Assembly (NCBI GenBank): GCA_963665115.1
Contig: OY762007.1
Location: 7,168,001 to 7,232,000, forward strand
Source: an uncultured Rivularia sp.
GTDB taxonomy: Bacteria; Cyanobacteriota; Cyanobacteriia; Cyanobacteriales; Nostocaceae
Direction: 5' to 3'
DNA length: 64,000 bases
Shown here: positions 41,644 through 52,417 of the stretch, in pieces
Layout of the letters: every line of letters starts with the position of its first letter
Position numbering within the stretch: the stretch's first letter is position 1
Program-made: the position numbers and the translations under genes
The notes under the pieces: generated by a model
What the model was told of the DNA's origin: nothing
The model's input: only the letters and a program-made list of their open reading frames with translations
Databases searched by the model: none

Positions 41644-43036
41644 ATGACATTGCCTAATACTTTTAAAACTCCCTCCTTTCTACAAAAGGTGCAGTGGGTA
41701 GCCGATCCTGTCGCATATATGGAAAAAGCGGCTCGGCAATATCCTGATATTTATACAGCGGAAGTGGTTGGTTTTGGTAATACTTTGGTATTCGTGAATC
41801 ATCCCGAAGGAATAGAAAAAGTTTTTAGCAATGACACAAAAGAATTTGTCGCGATAGGAGAAACCAATAAGACATTTGAGCCGATAATTGGGGAATATGG
41901 ATTGGTGATATTAGATGGCGATCGCCACAAACGACAGCGAAAGTTGATGATGCCATCTTTTCACGGTAAGCGGATGCATTCCTATGCAGAATTGATGTGT
42001 CATCATAGCGAAAAAGTTTTTGCTAACTTACCTATTAACGAAACATTTTCGGCTAGTGAAGCAACTTTAGATATTTCTTTGGAAGTTATTTTGGGTGCTG
42101 TATTCGGTTTATCGGAAGGGGAACGTTATCAGCAAATTAAAAATAAACTGCTTTCAATGTTGCATATTGTTTCTTCACCTTTGACTGCTAGTTTCCTACT
42201 TTTCCCCGCTTTACAAAAAGATTTAGGGGCTTGGAGTCTTTGGGGTAAGTTTGTCCGTTTGCGAAAGCAGCTTGATGACTTAATTTATGCCGAAATCGCC
42301 GAACGTCGCAATCATCGCGATGCAGATAGGGTTGATGTTCTTTCCATGTTGATGGAAGCGATAGATGAAGAAGGGCAGGCGATGACAGATAAGGAGTTGC
42401 GAGATGAGTTGATAACTATGTTGCTCGCAGGGACATGAAACCTCGGCAACCGCTATGGCTTGGTCATTATATTGGGTTCACCATACACCGCACGTGAAGG
42501 AAAAACTGCTCGCAGAAATCGATAACTTGGGTGAAAATCCAGATCCAATGGAAGTATTTCGACTTCCTTATTTAACTGCTGTATGTAACGAAACTTTACG
42601 GATTTGTCCGGTATCTATGACCACGTTTCCGAGAGTAGTTAAAGAACCTGTGGAATTGTTGGGACATAATTTAGAACCGGGCACAGTAATAGTAGGAAGT
42701 CTTTACAATTTGCATCGTCGGGAAGACTTGTATCCTCAGTCCAACAAATTTAGACCAGAACGTTTTTCAGAAAGACAATATTCACAATACGAACTTTTCT
42801 CTTTTGGTGGAGGTGCGCGGAGGTGTGTTGGAGAAGCTTTTGCGATGTTTGAAATGAAGTTAGTTTTAACAACAATACTTTCAAAATATCAACTGGAATT
42901 AGCAGATAACAAACCAGAAAAGCTTCAGCGTCATGGTGCATTTAATCTTGCGCCAGCCAACGGAGTCAAAATGTCAATTACAGGAATGCGCCCTCAGCCT
43001 CAATTAGCTGTAGCTATGGCTAGTGAAATAAATTAA
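41644..43036 (+). CDS. Cytochrome P450 (CYP110-like), +1 G frameshift at ~42430
   Basis: Correction restores LLAGHETSA (I-helix); ETLR, FRPERF and FGGGARRCVG heme motif. Confidence 0.9.
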
Positions 43037-43114
43037 TTTGTAGTTTGTAGGTTGGGTTAGACGCACGAATAATATTATTGTTAACGAAGAAGTTTGATGC
43101 GTCGTAACCCAACA

Positions 43115-43396
43115 TTACTTAGTCTTACGATTTCTATACCAATATATACCGCAACCTGATATAATCGCCCCAACAATCCCAGTTAGACTGCGAAGTGTTT
43201 CGTTATCTACCCTATATATATATTTGATTAACTCTTCAATAGCTATCCCGAGAAAAGTCCCTAAAAAGAACCAAAAAACTAGTGGTAGGAAATCTGCTGT
43301 TGACCAATAATTGTTCTTCTGAGCTGAAAGACCGACCGCAATTGCTATAGGTAAAGCAGTTAGCATCGTAATTACAAATGATAAAGGGTCTAGCAT
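43115..43396 (-). CDS. Small 3-TM hypothetical protein (paralog A)
   Basis: GGAG RBS; YWSTADFLPLVFW and SGCGIYWYR shared with paralog B. Confidence 0.8.
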   Translation of the reverse strand: MLDPLSFVITMLTALPIAIAVGLSAQKNNYWSTADFLPLVFWFFLGTFLGIAIEELIKYIYRVDNETLRSLTGIVGAIISGCGIYWYRNRKTK

Positions 43397-43646
43397 AATT
43401 CCACGCTCCGTAATTCTTTTGTTAAAGAATGGTGAACTTGAATATTACATAAAAGTTTTTCCACACGAATCAGCCATTAGTACTATCAACTGCAATCAAT
43501 TATTAGCAATATTTATGTTGATAATTGATTAATATTTATAGTTTGTAGTTTGTAGTTTGTAGTTTATAAGTTTGTAGGTTGGGTTAGACGCACGAATGAT
43601 TTATTGTTAACGAAGAAATTTGATGCGTCGTAAACCAACATTTAAA

Positions 43647-43937
43647 TTACTTGCTCTGCTTCGGCGTGCGAGTTCTATACCAATATATGCCGCAACCCGA
43701 TACGACTGGACCAACGAGGTAAACCAACTTAAGAAGTATTTCACTATCTACTCTAAATATATATTTGATTAACTCTTTTGCAGCTATCCCGATAAAAGTT
43801 CCTAATAGTGTCCAGAATACTAGTGGTAGGAAATCTGCTGTTGACCAATAACTGTTTTTCTTAGCTGAAAAACCAATTCCAAGTCCTATAGGTAAAGCAG
43901 CTAACGTCGTAATTACATATGATAAAAAATCTGACAT
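43647..43937 (-). CDS. Small 3-TM hypothetical protein (paralog B)
   Basis: About two-thirds identical to paralog A by manual alignment. Confidence 0.8.
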   Translation of the reverse strand: MSDFLSYVITTLAALPIGLGIGFSAKKNSYWSTADFLPLVFWTLLGTFIGIAAKELIKYIFRVDSEILLKLVYLVGPVVSGCGIYWYRTRTPKQSK

Positions 43938-44164
43938 AATTTCACGCTCCGTAATTCTTTTGTTAAAGAATGGTGAACTTGAATATTACATAAAAGTTTT
44001 TCCACGCGAATCAGCCATTAGTACTATCAACTCCAATCAATCATTAGCAATATTTAGGTTGATAATTGATTAATATTTATAGTTTGTAGGTTGGGTTAGA
44101 CGCACGAATGATTTATTGTTTACCAAGAAGTTTGATGCGTCGTAACCCAACATTTACTTTGTTA

Positions 44165-44614
44165 TCATTCTAAGGAAGCTGAATACTCTGCAAAAACCTC
44201 TTCCCCAGTCATATTTTTAGTTTTATTTGCAAAGCTGTAAAAAGACGGTTTCTCATCAATAAAAATTTGTAATTCGAGAGCAAAATTTTCCTCGTCATCG
44301 AGCAAGCCAGCAGGAAGTGCATAATAATTTGCTTCTTTTAAACGGTAGAAAAGATGGGTTCCACACTTACTACAAAATCCACGCTCTGCCCATTCAGAAG
44401 AACTGAAGACAGATATATTTTCATTACCTTCAAAATTCACATCTTGACCGCATTGAATCGCAAGTAAAGGGCCACCCGTCCATTTTCGACACATATTGCA
44501 GTGACAAGCGTCTACATTATTGCTTTTCGTCTTAACTGAAACCTTTACTGCACCACAGAGACAGCTTCCTTGTTTTTCAAGTTCGTTTGCCATAACTTTC
44601 TCCTCAGACTGCAT
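44165..44614 (-). CDS. GFA / CENP-V family Zn protein
   Basis: GSCLCGAV, CHCNMCRK, SSEWAERGFCSKCGTHL. Confidence 0.9.
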   Translation of the reverse strand: MQSEEKVMANELEKQGSCLCGAVKVSVKTKSNNVDACHCNMCRKWTGGPLLAIQCGQDVNFEGNENISVFSSSEWAERGFCSKCGTHLFYRLKEANYYALPAGLLDDEENFALELQIFIDEKPSFYSFANKTKNMTGEEVFAEYSASLE

Positions 44615-44703
44615 AACTAGATTATTATGAAAAGCCAGTAGATTGAACTAAAGGTTTATGAATAATTATTATGGTTAAGAAAAAATGACATAGTGTAAAT
44701 CAA

Positions 44704-45429
44704 TTATTCAAACTTTGATATTCTTTCACCGTGAGAAACGTAAACACCATATCCATCCACAAATTGAATCGCGGGTTTATCTTCGCCGTGTAATTTATGT
44801 TGGTTATCAAAAGTAAGTATAGAAGGGCGATCGCACACTACACAAAGTTCTTGATAAGAAGCTATCCATCCACAGTTTTTGACAATTTCTTGAAAAGTTT
44901 GCCAGATTTCAGAATCTTCATCACATTTTAATTCAAAAACAGAAAAATCTAATCTAGCCATTTCACTACAGACAGTATCTGGTTGACGAGTACCTTCTTC
45001 AAATTCTTCAGGAATCATAAAAAAAGATGGCTCGTCTGATTCACAATCGAGTTCCTCTAAGTCTTCTCTTACTATTTCATGAATATCACAAGTTTGCAGC
45101 CATAATTGATAGTCATCTTTATCTTTTAATGAAACAGTAGAATTTAAATATTTTACTAGCTTTTCCCAAAACCTATCAATCATATCGCTATAATCAAGTT
45201 GCAAACAACCTATTTCATGACACAATTTATCAAGGGCTACAACAGCAGCATAAGGGCTATCAAAAAAGAATATTTGTGGTTGTGGTTCGTCAATTAATGT
45301 ATATGCTGTTTTAATTGCTGCTTCTGCTTTCTCACGGTTAATTGGCTCGGTTGAAAGAGCAATTTTTCGCCATTTTTCTAAATAATTTAAAAATAAAGTT
45401 TCTTGTTGTGGAGTTAGTTCTTCAGTCAT
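44704..45429 (-). CDS. DUF6745-like hypothetical protein
   Basis: EKWRKIALSTEPINR...SP; CGW...VVCDRP...LHGEDKPAIQFVDGY. Confidence 0.75.
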   Translation of the reverse strand: MTEELTPQQETLFLNYLEKWRKIALSTEPINREKAEAAIKTAYTLIDEPQPQIFFFDSPYAAVVALDKLCHEIGCLQLDYSDMIDRFWEKLVKYLNSTVSLKDKDDYQLWLQTCDIHEIVREDLEELDCESDEPSFFMIPEEFEEGTRQPDTVCSEMARLDFSVFELKCDEDSEIWQTFQEIVKNCGWIASYQELCVVCDRPSILTFDNQHKLHGEDKPAIQFVDGYGVYVSHGERISKFE

Positions 45430-45431
45430 AG

Positions 45432-45580
45432 GGACTTACGCAAAAGCAACGTAACTGCGTCATTACGAGCGACAGCGACGTATATGTCCTATCGGACACG
45501 CTCCGCTAACGCAAAAACCCTGCGATTGCTTCCCTACACTGCGTTCCGATCGCAATGACAAATCTCCATAGCGTAAGTCC
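45432..45580. mobile_element. MITE-like element with 10-bp perfect TIRs
   Basis: GGACTTACGC (45432-45441) / GCGTAAGTCC (45571-45580). Confidence 0.7.
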
Positions 45581-45729
45581 TGAGTCATTTTAAACAAATT
45601 TATATTAAGCTTTGGTTTTATATAAAATTATAATTAGTAGCGACTGTCTTGAATGTCAACCGCGACGGCGCAACTGGGGAACCGCTACGCTGCGGAAGGC
45701 GGTACCAGGTAGGGGCATAACAGCAAATA

Positions 45730-45824
45730 ATCGTGTTCAGGGACAAGACGTTTTAGCAGTATTACCAGAAATTGAATTAACCCTTACTCCCAATCGAGTT
45801 TTTGGATGGTTAAAGATAAGTTAG
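45730..45824 (+). pseudogene. C-terminal remnant of a Uma2-like gene
   Basis: QGQDVLAVLPEIELTLTPNRVFGWLKIS* resembles Uma2 C-termini; upstream part is repeat-derived. Confidence 0.45.
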
Positions 45825-46014
45825 TGAAATAACCCACGGAGGTGGGTTTTGCTTGTGTAGCCGCGATTTCCAATCGCCAAGGATTAAAAAAAATTATAAT
45901 TTTAAACCTATTTATTAGACATTAAAAATGTTGCGTTACGGCAATTTCACATTTATTATGTATTATTGTAAACTCACGTAGCCGTAACACACCCTACAAA
46001 TAAAATACAACTAA

Positions 46015-46257
46015 TCAATCAAAATTACGTCGAAATCTACGATCAATTTTATCGGTCTTTTTACGATTGCAACTAAAGCATAAAGTTTGTAAGTTGCTGA
46101 TATCGTTGGAACCACCACGAGCTAAAGGGATAATATGGTCAATTGTTAAATCGGTTTCACCATGTTGTTTACCACAGCTTTGACATTGGTATTTATTCCG
46201 TTCAAATACATATTTTCTCACTGCTGAAGGAATGGGAATACGCGGTGTTTTGCTCAT
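46015..46257 (-). CDS. HNH endonuclease
   Basis: CQSCG...TIDHIIPLARGGSNDISNLQTLCFSCNRKK. Confidence 0.93.
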   Translation of the reverse strand: MSKTPRIPIPSAVRKYVFERNKYQCQSCGKQHGETDLTIDHIIPLARGGSNDISNLQTLCFSCNRKKTDKIDRRFRRNFD

Positions 46258-46690
46258 AGAAGTTTTTAAAAGAGATTGTTTCTATATTATCTTGTGTAAA
46301 TGTTTCTTCAGCTTCTTGTTCTTGAAGAGAGAAATCTAGCAAAACTTTTAAATCAATATATTCTTGATTATAATTTCCTTGACTTGAAAAGTCTAAAATA
46401 ATTTTGATTTGTAATTCATCTAATCGTCTAATTTGATCGAAGGCAATCAATTCACATTGAATATCTTCTTTTAACCAAAATTTCCATTCGATGCGGTTAT
46501 ATATTCCTTGGTTGTTTACTTCTCTGAAATATTTTTTAATCAATTTATTTTTGCAGCAAAAATTTAAATTGCCCTTTCTTGGTTTAAAATCCTTAACAAT
46601 ACTCTCTTTAATTTGATTTGTGTTAAAAACGATTTTGTTTAGAACAATAAATTCGTTCTCTTCCGTAAAAGACTCAAAATTACAATGCAT
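46202..46690 (-). CDS. Divergent KGK-like domain protein
   Basis: Layout parallels the neighbouring KGK protein (WLKEDIQCELI vs EEGNHCEIL), but the KGK triplet is absent. Confidence 0.5.
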   Translation of the reverse strand: MHCNFESFTEENEFIVLNKIVFNTNQIKESIVKDFKPRKGNLNFCCKNKLIKKYFREVNNQGIYNRIEWKFWLKEDIQCELIAFDQIRRLDELQIKIILDFSSQGNYNQEYIDLKVLLDFSLQEQEAEETFTQDNIETISFKNFYEQNTAYSHSFSSEKICI

Positions 46691-46905
46691 ACTTATGATT
46701 TAGCTTTATATTCAAGATAGTTAATTTTTGAGAAGCCAATTCGATCGCACAGTAAAATTTTTATGCGTGAAAATAGGTGACGATGATATAGATTTCATCT
46801 TAATCGCGTAAATGAAACCTTTATGATTATTATGTCCGCTTATTTACCTGACAAACATTAAATATTACAAGACGGAAATTATATTTAATAAAACTATTTC
46901 AAATG

Positions 46906-47346
46906 TTATGCAGCATACATCATGTCGTCAAAAGACAATTTAGGCTGTTGAACTTGATGTTCTTCAGATAAGAATTCTAAGTTAAACTCAATTTTAGCTA
47001 TTTTGCTAGAATCTTTCTCATTGGGAAAGAAATCTATAGATGACTGAGTTCTGATCTTTCCTTTCTGCCAGCTTGTAGCACCAAGTCTAAGAATCTCGCA
47101 ATGATTCCCTTCTTCTGAGGAAGATAAGGTGACGCTGATATTGCAATAGCTAAAAGATGTATTGATTAATTCATATATTCTTTCTTTGCTGTTACAACCA
47201 TCATTTTCTTTTGTGAGAAGATAGTTCACCTTCTGCCACAACTCATTTTCTAACTGTTGCTTAAATTGACTAAATTTAACCAGACTGCCGTTGTATGACA
47301 AAACATCGTCATCGTTGCAACTCAAAGATTTGAATTTACTTTCCAT
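46906..47346 (-). CDS. KGK domain protein
   Basis: DDDVLS, EGNHCEILRLGATSWQKGKIR, LEF and SFDDM motifs. Confidence 0.85.
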   Translation of the reverse strand: MESKFKSLSCNDDDVLSYNGSLVKFSQFKQQLENELWQKVNYLLTKENDGCNSKERIYELINTSFSYCNISVTLSSSEEGNHCEILRLGATSWQKGKIRTQSSIDFFPNEKDSSKIAKIEFNLEFLSEEHQVQQPKLSFDDMMYAA

Positions 47347-47429
47347 ATTCGCTTACATCATGTACTACAATTTCCAATTAAGTTACCAATCTTTTTACAG
47401 TTTCTCTGTTACCAAGACAACATCAATTG

Positions 47430-49938
47430 TTAAACTTCTATAGTTTCAGCTACACCGTTATTTTCAAACGATGCACTATCAACTATTTCTGCCTCCGGTG
47501 ACTCGATTACGGGTAATAAATAATCGTACAATTGCATTGCTTCTAAGCAACCGTTAATGGCAGACACGGATTGATTGAAACTAGCAATTTTATCTTTCGC
47601 TGCATCCAATCGTCGCTTGTTATCAGCAACTTTCTCTTGCGCTTCTTTTACTAAAGTTTTCTCTAAATAAGCACGCGCTTGAGGATACTGCTGCAAAATT
47701 TCGTCACTTTTGATATCCGCCATTGGTAAAAGCTGAGTTTTAAAGCTTTGATTAATGGTTTGTCGGAATGTGATGCGAATTGTTCTGCTAACTTTGGGTT
47801 CAAAATCTAACTTTAACAGTTGTTTAATTGCAGGTTTCAGCTTCTACCATACTTTCACAATCAAAAGTTTGAGAAGTTTGCTGCAATGTCTGGCGAAACT
47901 GATAAATTGAAAAAGTACCTTCATCATAAAATCTAGGACTTTCTCTAACAAATCTGTCGCACTCTACCCGCGCGGCATTTTGTAAAGCTAGAGAAATCTG
48001 CTTTTCTAACTTACCTAATTCTTGTTCTAAACCTCCATCATTGCCAAGCAAACGGTACAATTGTTTATAATATTCAGCCTTACGAATTCTGTCATTCAAC
48101 CTTTGAAAGAAATTGGCAACAATTTTCTCAGAATATTCTACTAAAATATCTTCCAATTGATTCGCAAGATAGTAAAGTGCCTCTACCAAAATGGCAATTA
48201 AAGGTGCTGTTGCGTTGCGAGGATGACTTAATGTCGCACGTTTATAGGTGTCGGCAACAGAAAAAGTATCTAGTAATTCATCCAAACGGTGAATCATTCT
48301 GGCGCGTAATTGATTAAAATCCGCTTCAAATTTATCGCAAGCATTAGTCACAACTTGGTTAACTTCTTCTGCAATATGCTCGCGAAATTCGTTTCCTACT
48401 TGCTGCAATTGCTGATTGAGACGTTGCAATTCTTGGGCTTTCATAGCCTCAATTTCTTGCGGTTGGCTATCTAATTCGCGCCGTATTTCTTGATAATATT
48501 TCTTAATTGGAATACAAATATCTTCTAAATCGTCAGCCAAATGTTTAAATAACTCGGGACGTTTTTCTTGAGTAAGATAGCGAGTAATTGCTGCTTTAAA
48601 TTTCTCAACACCGCTATCTTCAATTAGTTGATTAACTAATAAGGTTCCTTGTTCTGATAGAATTCTGACATAATTCTGATTCTGACTTTCAAAATTATTT
48701 ACAGAAATCCGAAATTTATCAGCAGGTAGTTTACCAGAAGCAGTACAGTAACGTAGAAATTCGTAAACAAATTGTGGCGTATTTTCTTGTGATTCTTTCT
48801 TATAATTTATGTTATCACTTATTCTGTCGGTAATTTCAGCACTGGTTTTATCAATTACTTGATGAATATCGGCAAATACAGTATCTAAACCAAACCTATC
48901 TTTCTGACTAGTTTGTTTAATTTGACTGCCATAAAATCCCAACAATCCACTGGTTTTAAAAACCCTACTGCCATACTGAAACTGAGTACCAATTAAATTA
49001 TTCAGCCTTTGCTTCAAATCGTTATTGTACCAACTTTCATCAATTCGATTAAAAACGTAAAAAACTCTATCCCTAATTCCTGGATTATCCCTTATTACTT
49101 CTAAAAGTTGAGTTTCAGCCTTTGTCATATCACCCATCGAAGCAGGTTTTAAGACACATACCACCGCAGAAGTATCGGGATGCTGAATTTTTTCATAAGT
49201 CAACCGGGCATCTTTTTCTACAGGCGCATCAATACCAGGAGTATCAATAATTACGTTACCATCTTGTAAAAGTCGATGGTTGCAATAATATTCAATTCGC
49301 TTTAAAACCGCGCTATTACTTCCCCGACGCGCATATCCCGCAGCTTCCTTAAGGTTATTAAAATTAAACTCTTCCATCGAGTAAGTAGCATTATTTATCG
49401 TATGAATGTGCTGACGATTTGCTACATATCCCGACAATAATAAAATTAACGCTTGAGCCTGTTTCGCACGTTCGGATTTACTTTCACCACCCTCTTGCCC
49501 GATGATAGCTTCACATCCTTGACGCAATAATTCAATTGCATCATCTCGATTAATATTCTCAACCTTGTGCAATCCTAACTGCTCGCATAAAGAAAATACC
49601 TGTTCTCTAACTTCTTGCTCGCTCAAAAAGGTGAGAACAACCTTTTCATTATCGGGATGTGCATACTCTATTTTGCATTCCGTACCCGTAGCGTGTCCTT
49701 CTGCACTATAGAGCAATTCCCTCTCCAGAAGCGCATTAATCAGCATTGATTTACCCGCACTAAAGGCACCGGCAAATACAATTTCAAACTTTGGAGAGAT
49801 TGCTTTCCTCAGCGAAGTTTGCACTGGGGTAAGATCGTAAGCAGCCAAAGACGGTTCTTGCTGTAAAAATCGCGTTAGAGAATCTACTTGTTCCTTTAGA
49901 TTTTGGCATTGAGGCAGCAGTTCTGCCATATGTAGCAT
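47430..49938 (-). CDS. Dynamin-like GTPase (KGK-associated clade), +1 A frameshift at ~47835
   Basis: GAFSAGKS (G1), DTPG (G3), NRID (G4); correction restores EAEPAIKQLLKLDFEPKV and joins ORF 47430-47723. Confidence 0.88.
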
Positions 49939-50284
49939 CCCGATAAAATAAAATAGAAACTTTGCGTATATTCTAAAAATGTTTTTTTCTATACGCTTCC
50001 GTAATCTTACCGATTATCTTTCTCATTTATAAGGATACTTTATTTTCTATCCATAATTCTACTTTGCAATTCAGCGTAAGCATAAAACGGAATTAAAATT
50101 AATCAAATTATCAAGATAAATCGAAAATAAGGGGTTAAACCCCTCCGAGCTTAAACATACTAAAACTACCAAGTATGAATACGCTTAGATATTGCATCAT
50201 TCTCAACAACAGCATTAGAATGAATTCTCAGCACAACAAGTACGGTTATGGACATTTTTTTTATCTAAGTTATAAAAATAAGTT

Positions 50285-50695
50285 ATGAAAATTTTTCCTA
50301 TTAGACTTGAATCCAATGCAGATTTAAGAAAGAGTTTAAAAAGCTTTGCAGTTGAAAAAAATATTCAAGCAGGATTTATATTAACTGCGGTTGGTAGTTT
50401 AAAACAAGCAACAATCCGCTTCGCCGATCGAGACAATACTACAGTCTTAACCGAAAAATTTGAAATACTTTCTCTTAACGGAACTTTAGCTACTACAGGG
50501 ATGCATCTTCACATGGCGATCGCCGACAGTAATGGTAAAGTTATTGGCGGACACCTCAGTGATGGTTGCATTATTTACACTACCGCTGAAATCGCGATCG
50601 GGATTGCTGAAAATTTCAGTTTTCATCGAAGCTTTGACGAACAAACCGGATTTAACGAGCTTGAAGTTATATCGTTAATTTCAACGAGTTTGTAG
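50285..50695 (+). CDS. PPC/DUF296 domain protein
   Basis: AVGSL, FEILSLNGT, HLHMAIAD...GGHL and TTAEI motifs. Confidence 0.9.
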   Translation: MKIFPIRLESNADLRKSLKSFAVEKNIQAGFILTAVGSLKQATIRFADRDNTTVLTEKFEILSLNGTLATTGMHLHMAIADSNGKVIGGHLSDGCIIYTTAEIAIGIAENFSFHRSFDEQTGFNELEVISLISTSL

Positions 50696-50767
50696 TAGCG
50701 CCGTCTAGCGGAATTCGGAGGGGCTAAAGCCCCAACTACGAACCATAGGGAATAGTAATCGATTTTA

Positions 50768-50962
50768 TTATATTTTTCTTTCTATTTGAGCATCTTTCAA
50801 TCCGTTAAAAGTAGCTACCACACTATGAGTTTCGACTTGGGTAATCGGTGCGGGTTTCATTTCCCCTCGAAAGTCTAGAATTTGTACTAATACAAGATAA
50901 GCAACAGCTAAAAGTATAGAAAATACACCCGTGATAATCGCAACAATTTTTCCTCTATCCAT
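50768..50962 (-). CDS. Small conserved membrane protein
   Basis: One TM helix followed by LDFRGEMKPAP. Confidence 0.7.
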   Translation of the reverse strand: MDRGKIVAIITGVFSILLAVAYLVLVQILDFRGEMKPAPITQVETHSVVATFNGLKDAQIERKI

Positions 50963-51016
50963 GAGTTTTCCCTCTTTTTAGAGATATTTCACCATTGCCA
51001 TAATAATCGATAGAAT

Positions 51017-52013
51017 TTAACTATTGAATTTTGAGGTGCGGGGATTGATTTTAGAATCTAAATATGCTTTTAAAAGTAATACGCGACTAGCAAATTGTTC
51101 GCAAAGCCGAAATCCACAAATATCCTGAACTAATTTGTACATTGGTTTTCTGGTTTTATGCTTGAAATCAGGACATAAAGCTAAGGATTTTTGTGAAAGT
51201 CGTAAGTATTCCGGATAGTCTATATACATATAATCTCTGGCTAACTCAAAGTAGCCATGTGCTAAAGCACGACGATAATTAATTGGAATCTTCTGCTGAT
51301 ATCGTTTTAATAATTTTTTTTCTACTTTTTGTAGAACTTTGCAATGATTTTCTACCCAACGCTCTTTTGAAGCAGTTGATACTGTAACGTTGCCGTATCT
51401 TCTATATATTGAATAACAACCGGGTTGATAAACAACTTTTGCACCAGCCATGATGGTTGAAATGAAAAAATCTCTATCTTGTGCAGCCGAGAAATTTTCA
51501 TCCCATCCACCGCTTTTCTCTACAGCCGTTCTTCGATAAAATAAGGATGCAACAGCAGTCCCACCAATTTTCGATTAAAGATTGCAGAATATCTGCTTGT
51601 TTTCCAGGCTTTTCTACCTGTTCTAAGAATACTACTCCATTAGATTGATGTCCTTGAAATCGCCAATCACCGTAAACGGTATCTGCTCCTGTTTCTTCTA
51701 AAAAATTGATTTGTCTTTCTATTTTCTCTGGCAAGATTAAATCATCTGCATCTAAAAATTGAATATATTCTCCTTTGGATAAAGCAAAACCTCTATTCCT
51801 CGCGTAGCATCCACCTTTATTTTCTGAAAGGCATTCCCAAGTAATTTTATCTCCATAGCTTTTAATAATTTCCATAGAGTTATCTGTCGAAAAATCATCA
51901 ATTACAATGATTTCGATATGAGGATAAGTTTGTTTTAAACAGCTATCAATAGTCTCTGCTATCCATCTTTCGGTGTTAAAACAAGGAATAATTATGGAAA
52001 CTAGTTTTTGCAT
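51017..52013 (-). CDS. GT2 glycosyltransferase, +1 G frameshift at ~51560
   Basis: SIIIPCFN, IDDFSTD and FLDADD motifs; correction restores WWTAVASLFYRR...GGWDE...QDRDF. Confidence 0.85.
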
Positions 52014-52417
52014 TTTATGTACCTATTTTTTTCATTTATAATTTTTTTAAATTGATATTTATGGCTTTTGATAACTGAGATAATTCTAGATTTAGCGAAA
52101 AGCTCTTTTTTAAGCTCTTAGTTTTAAATAGGTCGTTTTTCCTACAACCATAAATCCAAAATCGGTTGACCTTTTATACTAAATGTCTCTTCAAAGACGA
52201 TGATTACTGAATATACAAAGAGAATTATGGAGATAAAAGGTTGTTATTTAGCATAAAAACTACGGCTATAACCATGTTGATATCATAATATGGATGTCTG
52301 TAAAAATCAGGTTTTTTAAGTAAGTAGATGCATTTAAAAGGTATAATCAAAGCAGTTAACAAATGTTATCTGAAAATTAGCAAGTAATAAGCAGTAAAAA
52401 AAGCGTTGTTAATAAAT

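Larger units (their letters stand above)
43042..44154. repeat. Tandem duplication with three ~74 bp REP-like hairpins (43042-43116, 43569-43642, 44081-44154)
   Basis: AGTTTGTAGGTTGGGTTAGACGCACGAA...GATGCGTCGTAACCCAACATT three times; ~150 bp upstream regions duplicated. Confidence 0.9.

Noticed and set aside
43042..44154. Hairpins as integron attC sites
   Set aside because: GTTRRRY-like (GTTGGGT) comes first and RYYYAAC-like (ACCCAAC) last, the reverse of attC; no integrase is present and the GTAG start fits REP-like repeats.
41644..44614. P450 plus small genes as a RiPP or secondary-metabolite cluster
   Set aside because: No precursor peptide, synthase or transporter; neighbours are convergent membrane proteins and a GFA gene.
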